A stretch of 64,000 bases of DNA from Lingula anatina (lineage: Eukaryota > Animalia > Brachiopoda). Below, piece by piece: positions 1 through 25,369 of the stretch. The position numbers were made by a program, and so were the translations under genes. Positions within the stretch are counted from its first letter, which is position 1. The number at the start of each line of letters is the position of its first letter. The stretch spans positions 50,818,788 to 50,882,787 of the forward strand of contig CM120640.1 of NCBI GenBank assembly GCA_051362555.1. Direction: 5' to 3'. Under the pieces are notes generated by a model. The model was not told the DNA's origin, made no database searches, and saw nothing but the letters and a program-made list of their open reading frames with translations.

Positions 1-38
1 ATCCACCATAAATTTTGTAATGGGCAAACATGAGTGTG

Positions 39-1631
39 TTATACATGTTTTCTCATAATATCTTGCCGTTTGCATGATTTGGAGCATTTTGCACATATCA
101 CTGAATCTGTGTCCTGTTTTGAGCATTTCAACAAGCAGCTTCTGCACAGAAAGTGTTCACAAGGCAGGGAATAAAATGCAACCATAGTTTGTAGTTCTAC
201 ATTGCACTGAGCACATATTTTTCTTTCTTCTAATATAGGGGTTGTATTGCTGGAGGTATCCAATTTTTGAAAAGATGGCAGACCTTTCAGGGTCTTGCTG
301 AGAGCAGAATCTAGGCTGGACAATAGATTCTCTTGGTGTGAGGCATTGGATAATGGAACTGATGGTTTTAGTTTTGGCATTTTAGATTTTAACAAGCTGT
401 TGCTATCTGCAGCTTTTCTTTTAAAATTAAGCATACTTGGTTCTTTAATTTCTGTATTGGGAATGCCTACGTCTTCACTGTTACTGTGATCCTGTCTGTG
501 CTCTTTAGTAAAAATTGTACTACCTGGCTGAGGCAGATTTTTGTGTTTAGGGAGTTGTGGTACCTGGTTGTGTAAGTCAGTGGCTCTCCCCACAGTTCTC
601 CCCATCATGAGACCATCCTCTGCCTCGTGCCTCATCAGCCACTGGTCTATCCTGGCTTTGAGGGCAGAGCTGGGGACAGGACCACTGCTCTGGCTAAATA
701 CAGTCCCAGTGAATGGATCGTTAGGGAGTCTGCCCCAGTTCCTCTCCTGAGCTACATATTTGTCCAAAGTAGACTGATCAATGCACTGCCCAGAAGGTAA
801 TAATACTGGAAGTGCCATTACTTTACAGGTGATGGGATCCAAGAACTCATTTGGAATGTCACTGTTATCTAAGTTACTTGTGCCTTCAGATATTTCAGTG
901 CATAAAGTTGATGATGATGATGGTGATGATGGCAATGGTGGTGACCGATTATCGAAGCCTGATGCTGCTGACGACGTTGATGTAGGGGCCGTCTCAGAAC
1001 TGCGTTTTGGCAACAACAACCTGTAAACCTGTTGAACAATGGACCTATCTGTTGAAGCTGATGGCTGACCCCAAACTTCAAGTTTTCCAATAGCAGGAGA
1101 GGTGCTGTTCTCAGTTTTATTGATCCTAACAGATACATGGCTAACCTTGGATAAGTTTGTATAATAATGATGATGCAGAGTTTGGCACTCCAGCGAGGGC
1201 ATGTGCTGTGGTATATTTTTAAATATACCCCTAGGTATGAATCTATGGTTGACAAAGAGCACAGGTGCTGCCTTGTTACCAAAATATCTGCCAACAGGTG
1301 TAAATATGCCATCCACTGTAGCTGAACAACTAGATGCCTCCTCGTCAGAAAACCACAGTCGTCTCTCCTTAGCAGAGTGAGTAAATATTTCAAAACTACA
1401 TGACTTCTGAGTTCCAACAACAGGATCTATGGCAATACTTTTAATCTCAATATGTAATGGGAATTCTACTGTAATTGTCACAGGAGGCTTCACAAAATAT
1501 TCAGCAATGAACCCTTTTCTTTTCTTCCAAATGTCATCAGATATTAAATTCTGAACTTCATGATGATCCCTCATCACTGTGTTACAATGGATCCTTGGTT
1601 TAAACTGGGGCATACAAAAATTCACTGCCAT
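39..1631 (-). CDS. UBOX5: RING finger protein 37 / U-box domain-containing protein 5 (E3 ubiquitin ligase), 530 aa, single coding exon
   Basis: N-terminus resembles UBOX5 (VNFC...FIAEYFVKPPVTITVEFP...LEVWGQP). Central U-box IPNEFLDPITCKVMALPVLLPSGQCIDQSTLDKY...GRLPNDPFTG. C-terminal C3HC4 RING CAQC...LPCEHFLCRSC...CAKC. A splice acceptor (ttttttcactatttcag) at 1676 indicates a 5'UTR intron. Confidence 0.92.
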   Translation of the reverse strand: MAVNFCMPQFKPRIHCNTVMRDHHEVQNLISDDIWKKRKGFIAEYFVKPPVTITVEFPLHIEIKSIAIDPVVGTQKSCSFEIFTHSAKERRLWFSDEEASSCSATVDGIFTPVGRYFGNKAAPVLFVNHRFIPRGIFKNIPQHMPSLECQTLHHHYYTNLSKVSHVSVRINKTENSTSPAIGKLEVWGQPSASTDRSIVQQVYRLLLPKRSSETAPTSTSSAASGFDNRSPPLPSSPSSSSTLCTEISEGTSNLDNSDIPNEFLDPITCKVMALPVLLPSGQCIDQSTLDKYVAQERNWGRLPNDPFTGTVFSQSSGPVPSSALKARIDQWLMRHEAEDGLMMGRTVGRATDLHNQVPQLPKHKNLPQPGSTIFTKEHRQDHSNSEDVGIPNTEIKEPSMLNFKRKAADSNSLLKSKMPKLKPSVPLSNASHQENLLSSLDSALSKTLKGLPSFQKLDTSSNTTPILEERKICAQCNVELQTMVAFYSLPCEHFLCRSCLLKCSKQDTDSVICAKCSKSCKRQDIMRKHV

Positions 1632-4480
1632 TTAATTTGTGTGGCAGCTACATGTATCCTCTGCACTTCCCATCACTGAAATAGTGAAAAAAATCCGTTA
1701 AACATATATTATTATTATATTTTCAGATGTTGGTATTCACCAGAAAAGATTACCTTTCTCTATAAGGTGTCACAAGAAGCTATTCAATTTGATTGACTAT
1801 CAAATAGCATCCAGGTTTTCAAGAAATAACAAGCATCCTTATGGAAAATGGTAAGCTTGAATTCTGCCAACATCTTATGGTACGGTCAATGAGAAATCAT
1901 CCAATAATCCTCTATGTGTATATTCCTTTATATCTGCTTAAAAATTTCATATGATATAAGTCACATTTAAAAGGGTAAAATTACCAGTTAAAAATAAAAC
2001 ACTCAATTTTCTCCACTGCTCTATCATTGTTCACATTTAAGCTGCTTGTGATGCATACACAACTCTGGTACACGAGAGTGATCTATCAACACTCTTCTTT
2101 GCAAGCTGAGTCAAGAAGGTGCCTCAGTGCTTCACTGTACTTTTTACCATAGCATAGTGTAAGCAGGATGCGAAGTCCTGATTGGGGGGGGGGGGGGAGG
2201 TTTCTAGTAAAAAGCTATTCTGGTTAAGAAGGAATGACGTACACCATACACGTTTTAAAAAGTCACAAAATCAAAATTTTATGTCTTAATATCTAAATAA
2301 AACCAATTCAGACTTTCAAGTGAAAAACTTCAAAAAGCCCTTATATTGAAGCACCTGAAGATGACGGCTGGTGTTGATATTTCTTTCTGAAATTTCTGAA
2401 AATCGTGGAGTCATCTACTGATTAATAATTTCATTAAACTCACACATAAGATCCCATTCAGGTGTAAAAATGGGTGGAGCAATGATTCGTAAATATGAGA
2501 AGATATGGCGTGAAAATCCCAGTGGCAGAGAGAGAGATCAGGATAACAACTAAGAACAACTGCAACATTAACCATATTATCATATCTCAACAACAGGAGA
2601 TTGTTATACTGACCAGTGCTCTCATTCTTATTCAGTAATATCTCATAGGAAGACAATATCACTGATAATCTTTTGGTGAAGAAAACTGGTTTTCTGCTTT
2701 CGTGTTTGATTCACCAGGTACCGAGTGTGAACAGAGCTACAGCATACATGTTATGTAGTTTCGACGATAAATTGCTTAATTAAGTTCTTAATGGGTGTGT
2801 ATATTTACATACAACAATATATGATTGAACATTTTTAGATATTCTTAGAAAGTTGATGCTACAGATATTTATATTTATTTATACCTTAAGTGTAAGTAAT
2901 GCACGAAACTTAGTTTGACGTTCGTGTTTAAAACGTGTAGCGATTTGTCAGTACACTCCTACGCGACGGTGTGTATAGACAGTAGAAATTGATCGATTGC
3001 CTTTTTCCATGCTGTTCATTAAAAGTCAATTTCTTCGAACCATTTTGCAATCATAGCAACTAAAGTAGAATGAGAAAAATTAATCAACTCTGAAACGACC
3101 GACTCAGTGTCATTTATGCCAGAAATTTTGAATTGCAGAAAATTTATAAATGAAAATTATCAAACACAAGCCGAAAAAAATTGAACATTTTTGCTCATTG
3201 CAGAGAAATTATTTAACTTAACCATTTTTTTTCTTTTTTGTAATTCGTGAACAATATTCAAACTCTTAGGTCATAAAAAAGCACTATTCAGAACATTTCT
3301 GGTTTATTGAATTCAAATTGCGTACATACACAATATATTAAATTACCATAATAATATTTGTTTATAGTTTAAAATCCAACGTATGTTCAAAAGACTTTAC
3401 AAATTTATAAAATTCACAATTAAAAGGAAAAAAATTACTAATGGTCATAAGATGAATAGAAGGAAAATGATAATAGAAGAAATGTTAAAGGTAAAAAATA
3501 GATATGCCGTGTATTAGAATAAATCCATTTGTAAAATGATCGCAACTTTATATTGCCAACCGCGTTACATTTTTTCGTGCGAAAAAAAACGATACAAAAA
3601 AAGGAAAAACAAAAACGATTACAATATAAATACTCCCCATACCCTTCAATCCTACACGTAATTTGTAAGCGTCAGCAGAACTTATTTGTTTTGCAGACCA
3701 TTTGGACGTAACTTAAGTAAGATATTACTTAATATCAGAACACATTGATAGAAAAATGAAGTAAATATAAAAATTTTCCTTCAGTTTACACGCAAAAAAA
3801 TACAGTTACAGTTATATTTAAAAACAATATGAACGCTATCAGATATGCTCAAATGTACTCGTACTTTTAACTTGCTTAACGATGCGTCTTCTTGTAAAGA
3901 TAATCCTCATTGACAAGATAATCCGCACTAAAGACCGCAATGAGATTTGAAGAACTAAACAACGGATCTATATTATCAAACACATAAATATTGGCTTTGT
4001 TACAGCCTAGACCTTTTGTCGACAATGTCATCAAATAAGTTTGCCTTATGTTTCTTAAAGGTACGGGAGAGAATTTTTTGTACTATAATAAAAGTGAGTT
4101 TTGTTATTAATATTCATTATACCACAATCAGACCACGACCGCCTTCATTTTGAAAATACCTAAAACAGACTATCGTTTAGAATAAGTGAGGTTGGATAAA
4201 AGTAATTTACTGAAACGTGTCGAAAGTGCGTTCAGAATCCGTTTCTTATAGTACATGTATTTCGCGCAAAAGATTATAGTTCCATTTGTCTTTTATACCC
4301 ATACATATTTTACACGCATTTTTGTATTGTGGAAACGTTTTTTAATGGATCGTTTCTATTTCGTCAATTTGCCAAAAATGAAATTTTCTTGTTTTATCTA
4401 GAATGCAATAAGATAATCCATAAAACGCAAACAAAAATTACTTCAAAAATTAAACACTAAAGAAAAAATAAACAAAAACT

Positions 4481-6186
4481 CTAGTTATCTCGTTGATTTG
4501 TATTCAAATGCACTTTCATGTGTCTATTGAGATTTCCTGACTGAGAAAACCTCAAAAGACACAGTCTGCATTGGTAGGGTTTTTCTCCGCTGTGGATCCG
4601 CAAGTGTTTGGTTAGTGTGGAGCTATCTGAAAAAGCTTTTCTACAGAAGCGGCATTTGTATGGGCGTTCCCCGGAGTGTGTCCTGATATGAGTAGTCACC
4701 GACGAACTTTGTGAGAACCTACGGTCACAGACAGGGCATTTGAATGGCTTTTCACCGCTGTGTGTTCGCAAATGGGCTGTCAGATTTGCGGCTTGAGAGA
4801 AGGCTTTGTGGCACGACTGGCAACGGTAAGGTTTCTCTCCTGAGTGTGTCCGCATGTGAGTTTTCAACGTGCTAGGGCGAGCATAGGTTTTTCCACAAAC
4901 GCGACATAGATTGACTTTTAAATTTTCGGGCGTATTGCGTCCAGAAAAATGACTAAAGATTGGATAATTTGAGATAGACGACGTAGCCTCTGATCGGTTG
5001 GGTTTTTCATAACCGTGAAAAGCCTCGGTGACGGATCTCTCCCCTGCCCCGTCCATTCCTCCGGGTAACTGAAGGTTCACACTTCTAGGTGGCTGGATAC
5101 ACTGGTTTGAAGGGCTGAGATGCTGAGCCCCAGATTGTGACTGATACACACCGATAGGCCAAGGATCCCCTCCATGCTGTAGGTAAGGGTTAGGACAGGT
5201 TGGAGGAGGGGGGTACATAAAATGATCTCCCGCAGGCCCGTTTTGAGACCCGATTTGTTCAAGGCCTTCACAGCCATTCCTGTCGTAGCGCGACTGCTGT
5301 ATGCCGACATTCATGCACATCGACACGTTGACACTCATCGACGGTATTAAAGATTTTCCGTTAGACGCAGCAGCTGGGTCGGGGATATAAGGATGAAGTC
5401 CTCCCGTATCTTCATAACTGTGGTGTTCGTTATTCAAATAAGTTCCCTGTGGCTGAAATGGGCGGTTGATAGAAATTTGGGGATGGAATGAAAAGTCCGG
5501 AGCCCTCATCGGCGCTAGGGAGTTAATTCGATTAAAGAAATCCGGAGAGTCGCCTACACTGGACAGGTATTTTGGTGACTGGATCGGGGGATCCCTTATA
5601 CTTCTGCTAGAAATCCCCAACGGCTCGCTTGAATAAAAGAAAAAAAAACAGAAAGATATTCTTTCAAAACGATTTTTTTACACTCAGATATAGATATAAT
5701 ATTTTAAAAGGCTAAGTTTCAGGGGATGTGCGAATGACTACACAAGCACAGAAAAGAAGTTGCACGATTATTTTAATTGTTCATCTTTTATTACTTTTCA
5801 GCAATCCTAAGGAAATGAAATTTTGCTATTTCGCATTTCTGCTCGTTGTTTCAATTTATAAAGCTATACGTTTTTCAATTGTAATCATAAACTAATAAAT
5901 AAAAACCTGAATATAGACAAACAGGATAATAAATAATAGTGCAGTAAGCAAAGGGGATTAAAGATAGAATTAAATCCTACCAGTTTCTAGGACTCTGTAG
6001 ACCTGGCAGGTTGTTGTGGCCTGGCATATACATGCCCTGCTCATGGTGACTGAGCGGGTGATGTGAGCCCACGGTGACACCAAAACTTGAGCGTCGAGAA
6101 ACATGCTCCACTATCTCCGCTTTCCAGTCATCTCCGTACGACGGTAGAGACGGATGAGGCGGCAGATCACAAGACCCGGAAAGCAT
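4481..6186 (-). CDS. gl: Glass zinc-finger transcription factor, 450 aa; coding exons 6186-5981 and 5627-4481
   Basis: Five C2H2 fingers nearly identical to Drosophila Glass ([19 protein letters not shown]...[10 protein letters not shown]...[10 protein letters not shown]...[10 protein letters not shown]...[14 protein letters not shown]) plus the PSMSVNVSM motif. Donor TG|GTAGGA at 5981 and acceptor ttttattcaag|C at 5627 join in phase 2 (TGC). The ATG at 6186 directly follows the acceptor tttcag. Total 1353 nt = 451 codons including stop. Confidence 0.92.
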
Positions 6187-6636
6187 CTGAAAAGTATAAA
6201 GAGATTTTTCCATAAAAAGCGATAAAATAAATCTATTGGTCTATTTAGAACAGTTTGATAAGGAAAAGCATTGCCCAAAATTAGGGTTTTGTATTTTCAA
6301 AACGCATTTTATTCAACTCCTGAATTTTGTTTACAAATTTATACATTCTAGACATTAATTCGTTTGTCTAGAGCAAGAGTATTATTAAAACATATGCAAA
6401 ATAAACATGTACGCAACTCTCTAATTTAGTTTGAAGTAAAATTGTATAACGTAAATCGATTTAAATGGTTTCAAGACAAAAGAAAATCAAAATAAATAAA
6501 TCTCCTATATTACGCTTAGTTAATTAAAAAAATTGTAACTGCTTTTTTAAGAATCTAAAAAATGCGCTTATTGAAACTGAAAATAAGTGCTAGAAATGAA
6601 GTCGCATGAATATTTCGCTATGAAAGAATGCCTTAC

Positions 6637-6775
6637 CTGTAACTGAGTGTAATATGTAACAGTGAATCAAACAGTCGGCAAGTACAAGTGCTTCTTCGTT
6701 TGGCTTCCACTTGCAAGAGTTGCTGAAGTCTGGCCTTTGGTTTTTATATGGTTGTCTCTCTCTCTCTCTTTCTCT
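6637..6775 (-). promoter_or_regulatory. Putative glass core promoter and non-coding first exon
   Basis: Strong donor CAG|GTAAGG at 6637. An in-frame TGA upstream makes this exon non-coding. TATAAAA at 6748-6742 predicts a TSS near 6715. A (GA)n tract at 6755-6775 lies just upstream. Confidence 0.55.
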
Positions 6776-7682
6776 GATGGCTTTTCTCTTTCTTCCTTTT
6801 AAGGCTTCGTTTCTTGATTTCGTGAGAAGACCCAAAAAGTCCAAGGTGAGAATGACGTCTTCTTACCAGGGTACTCAAAAATTCACCAACACTATAGCTT
6901 TTGCGCTTTTTCTCAAAATGTTTTAAGACCTAGATATTACCGAGAATATATGAATATATTATTTCGCATTGCACATCAATTTTTACATTTTAGGGAGAGG
7001 AATCTTTACCACAACTTCTATTTCGCACTTAAACCGTTTTTAATGTCACGAAGCACAAAGACTACTGTCTGTGTGATTAAACAGTCACTGGCCATTTTCA
7101 ATCCCTTAAACTTTATCTAGAGTTACGCGCGCTAACGTGCGCACGTTGAAAATAATTATGAAATAATCGTTCAGAGCGTTCGTCGTGCAGTGCGCACACA
7201 TCAAAACTGTTAGCAAGTTTGTGATCACTGATCCTGATAAACTTCGGATAAATGCGAAGTGATTCTAAGACTTCTTCAGGAAATTATCCAGCTTGTCGCT
7301 CGCTGACACACGCAGAAATCCCATTTTCTGAAACCCCAGTCATGTTTTGTTTACAACGCTGCAGTATTCTAATGAATTAGACGGTGCTCAAAGATGACAT
7401 ATTAATATCTTTGATTTTGTAACGGTTTACAAGGTAAATTGTGACCAATTCCACAACAACAAAAAGAGGAAAAAACAGACAGACAAATATACAAACACGA
7501 GAAAATAAGTTGAATCTATAAATTGTTTATCAATAAATATTTAAATGAAATTAAATTTTCTGCTTCAAAGAGCTTTACCAAACTTAACAACTATTCCGAG
7601 AAGAGATTTATAACAAAGGAAAAACATATCATGCATGAGCGAACAAGTTGTTGAACGGATATAAAAAAACTAAATCTTTCCT

Positions 7683-7717
<35 letters not shown>

Positions 7718-10700
7718 TTGTGGTCATTTACTTCTTTATTCCAATATAAACGTCAGTTTAAAGCGTTTGCAATCCCTAAAGTTACATAACATCATACCAG
7801 TTATTCCGCCTGCTTAGTATCTTCACCGATACTGCGAAGGTCTTTTATGTCTTTCATGCACGTAAAGGGAAATATTAAGACAGTTAAGTGTTTTTATTAA
7901 TTGTTTATTTACTTCTGTGTCGATCATTGACCCAAGTTCTCACGGCGGGAAAACCCTTGCTGGTCACAGGTCATTACAAGTCATTAAAGCTGAAGAATGC
8001 CTGCTATTAATTACAATATCATTATAATATCAAATCCTTTTGACATATGCTGATGCTGTTCTGTTTTATTTCATAACAATCATTTTCGTGTAGATCTCTC
8101 CTTTGCTTGTCATTTTCTCATTAAGAAGAAAGGCGCGTTTTTCTGATTGACCGGCGGCTGCGTTTCAATTTGCTCTATCTAAATCCAGTATCGAATTCTG
8201 CAGCTTATCTACCTGTGTGACAGCTAGCGGGTGCCCGAGGTAGTTTCCAAGAGGCAGCCACTTTTACTTAATCACCATAATGGATAGAATGCTGATTACT
8301 TGTAAAAGTTTCCATGAAATGCGCGTGGCACTTTATGTGATGGGACTATGGAGCAAAACGTTTAACAAATTTCAGACACGAACGGTGAACGCGTGCATCA
8401 CAAAAAAAGTACAAGAATTATATAGTTGTGATGTTTTCGTGAAGTTAGCATTTCTTTTAATGGTATCTATAGAACTACCTTTAACATTGCATTGTATAAA
8501 TAGATTTAAATGGCAAAGGAAAACAAAATTTCAATACTTTTTTAATTGCAGTTTTTAGTCCATACAACGAGGATTAGCTCAATATAAATGTGCAAAAGAA
8601 TGAGAACAAGGTGGAAATAAGCAATTTTCTCGTACTCATGAATCATTTGTCTATCCCTCTCTGCGCTTGGATTTGACCTTTAATTAAAATGACTGGCCAA
8701 TCATTATAACCAGCGACCATCTTCTTCGATGGATGTATCCACATCAGGTACTCTCTAGAAAAATATTTAAGGGGTCTATTGTTTTTAAGGTGTATGTAAG
8801 GTTTTATAAAAAGCTGTGGGTGGCAAAAATAAGCATTTGGGGTGGATTTTCAAATCTATTCAGTGTACCTTTAAGGGAAGCCGTTTTAAAACATTTTATA
8901 TTTATCGGAAAGTTCTTCTCGGCCTCTTTGCAACCCCACAAATTAAAACGTGTGCACTATGTTGTTTGGGAATTATATATTAAATAATAATTTTTTCAGG
9001 CGTAAAAGTTACTGTCACAATTATTCAATTTTAGCTACTAAAATTACTTCATTTCATTTATTAGAGGGACTCACAATAAAAGCGGCCGTCATCGGCCAGA
9101 TTTCGAACATCATACTTGTGTTTGTCACTTAAATGCTTTTTCCATTCTTTCTGTCACAATGTCGAGCCCGTTTTGATCAAGGAGACATAAAGGTATCATA
9201 TACACATCAATGTAAAATGCAAAATATTGTTCGCGATAGTTTTACTCGAATAATGTGTAAAGTGACATGATAATTTTAGAAAGGTTCTATTCAACCTTGA
9301 ATCTGTATCAAGTTTAATTATTTTCTGAAATTTTACCAAAAATTCTACCAATAAAGAAATGTTACCGGATATCAAGCAATGAATGCAAGAGATCTAAATC
9401 AATAATACGACTATTATAAGATTTCTCCCCACGTTATTGGCGCTAATAAAGCATTTTGATTTCTTGAGATAACAACAGTCAATATTAAAAAATAAGCCAA
9501 TATTTAATTGAATTCTGTAGCTAATATTTCATATTTCACAAACTTCTTTTATGTGAACAATTTAATTTTTCTAAATTATTTCTTTCCCTATCCACCAGCA
9601 ATGTTATTCTTGAGTGGAAATATTCAACATGGCAGATTTTTCCTGTTGTATTTCAGAGTCTAGATTTTGTCTTTTGTTCAGAATACTAATAAAGTATGTC
9701 TTAATTGACGTACACTGCACAGTTTAAAATTTGTAGAGCCTTTTTGCCTTTAAGAGAACCTGTGCTGACCCCCCCCCCCCAAGCAATGCACAGTCGGCCA
9801 ATGCATAAATGAGAAGAGAAGGGAGAAGTAAACTGGGTCAAGGAATTCATCCAAATATATTCACTTCTAACACGGAGTTTCTTGAAAATAATGAAATTGT
9901 CATTTATTCAATGTTAATACATTATATTTAAAATTGATACCACCTGGAATAATTTAAAATGTAAAAATCAACAAAATCTTTCAGGAAAGAGTGTTACAAG
10001 TTGATTTACATGTTATACCACTATACATAAATCAATTGAAATATACATTTTCCAATCAAACTGGGCTTAATTTAGCTGCACAACAACATTATTACAAGCC
10101 CCCTCTTCTCTCTCCCTTTTCAGGCTTCAAAGAAATCTTAGAATCTACACAGAAAATTGCTGCAAAACCGCATTTTCCAGGGTCTACATAGTTACCGAGT
10201 GCTTATAATCATGTGGTCATAATCTTAATGACATAACAATTGTAAGTTCATAATGATATTAATTTTGAAGTATTAATAATATTGTACCATAGCGTTCAAC
10301 CCTATAGCAAATATAGAAAATGGAATTAAAAATTATAACTACATGTGCACACATCAAGATTTACAACTGAATAAAAACTGGTTTAATCCACATTTTTCAT
10401 TAATATGAAAACACTGATTAAAATAATACTTCAAGCAACTGCCTATCCATGAAGATCATAAAAATTTTAATTAAAATTTACATAAAATATGTATGTCTTA
10501 TTAAATATATGCACCACAACAATTTCAAGACCATAACCATTTTGAATATTGTACTGTTTAACATCAGTAAACCTCTAATGCATTTTTAGTAAAGAGAAGA
10601 AAATGTACATAATGGCAACATTAGAGATCACAGTCATGAGAAAAAAAATTGCCTCAGCCCAGAATGTCATTTATGATGGCAACTATAAGAAGATGCCAGT

Positions 10701-10892
10701 ATAATAAGTATAATGCTTGCTGGATTTATAATGAGCTTCGAATGTGCAAAAACAATCAGAAATATTGTATGTAAATATGCACATATTTACTTGGAATAAC
10801 ATTAGTTTCATTCACATGCCATATATCAATGCTTATCTTTAAAAGAAATGGGCTTTTTTTCTAAAGTACAATTCAATAATGTTCACTATAAA

Positions 10893-23856
<12,964 letters not shown>

Positions 23857-25348
23857 TCAGCGTAGGCAGTTACTGAATGCACCTTGAATTTTCAAAAATC
23901 TACATATCATGAAAAACATAAAACATTATCATGAAATACAAAAAAAAAAAGATTATAATTTAAATAAGAGATGGAATAAGGTTACTATACATCACCTGTG
24001 TTGTTCTTTGAATTTGGCAATTATATTAATATATATTAAAAAGCTAATTTCCTTAAGAAAAGCTTGTGCAAAAATAGTCTTGTACTGGGCCCATACTTTG
24101 CAGAAAGAGTAAAGCACGTAATTTCAGTCTTATTATAAACTGGAAACCTAAAATTCCTCCACGTTTTTGCATGTAAACATTAAAATTTGTATACTTGCCC
24201 CTGGAGACAATAAAGACACAACATGACATTTGAAACATTGTTATTTGAGAGTTCTTGTTCTTTTATCATAATTTATGCCTTAGCTCAAGTACAGTTTACA
24301 CCAACAAGCTTAAAATAATATTTCAAATTCTGCGAGGGATATTGACTGCTGTCAAAGCATATGTGCGAACATGATGGTAACAAGATAAAATATTGTATTT
24401 TGCAGCTGCATGCACTATTATTAATTTAATAGGTGGACAAATTGAGCTCAAAGAAGAGGCGAGCAACCGACAGAGGACGCGCAGCTTTGCCAGGACGTGG
24501 ATACCTATAGCCTCGAGAGTTTGATACACTGGGTGGTCTGAGGCCTTACCTCATTGTTATCTGCGGTAAGTACCTCATCCAATGTGCTAGAGGTACCTGC
24601 ATGCCGAAAACTGAAGCAAGTACACATGGTGATTTCATTTAATTTTTTTCAATGCTAAACAGAATTTAATCGCAAATTTTGCACTATGATAGACTACTGT
24701 ATTATTCTAAATTCATTTTTAAGATTCATTATCTGAACAAACAGAACAAAGTAATAGTTGAGCGTGGCAAAAACCGAGGTGTTGAAACTTACCTCCTGTC
24801 CGTGTACGACCTTGACTGCTCTTCTGTAATTGGAGTATATGAAGTTCAAGGTTGGATCATTGACCAACCATTGGACCGATTCAGGTGCACACCCCCCTTC
24901 ACATCCACCACGCACGACGCAATCAGCCTCTACATTGTATTGCACGACCGGGACGGTTAGGTCATTTGTCTGTTTGACCCCTGTCCAGCACCTGAGACGA
25001 CACTTAGTGCAATGTATTTACAAGTGCACTGGGTGACAGCATATAGTCATCACAGGTTGAAAAATGCTATTGTAACGCCGGCTGAAATACAAGGTCGCGC
25101 GAAATACTGTACATGTATGTTAAGATGTGTCGAGAAGATGTTGTACGTGTCTTATGTCTTATCAGCTTGTCGTAGGGCCTATTCTTCAGAAACATAAGGA
25201 AGGGGTGATAAAATGAAAATGAAATGAATTTAGTCACCTGTGATTGTGGAAATGGACAGACGGCCTGTGTTAAAACTTCCGACATGTTTCTCGGTAGCAG
25301 ATGGTCCCCCTTTTGTAAACAGGCTATGCAGTCGAGGATTTAAGGGGC

Positions 25349-25369
25349 GGGGGGGGGGGGGGGGGGGGG
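25349..25369 (+). repeat. Poly-G tract (21 G)
   Basis: Directly visible. A similar G run is at 2184-2197 and a poly-T run at 7686-7714. Confidence 0.9.

Noticed and set aside
869-1420. 183-aa alternative-frame ORF with a poly-His run inside UBOX5
   Set aside because: A by-product of the Ser/Pro-rich TCA/CCA codon run of UBOX5. Non-ATG start and no domain.
6187-6213. Upstream ATG (MEKSLYTFQ) as the glass start
   Set aside because: It lies in the polypyrimidine tract and acceptor of intron 1. The ATG at 6186 follows the AG directly. It would be usable only if the intron were retained.
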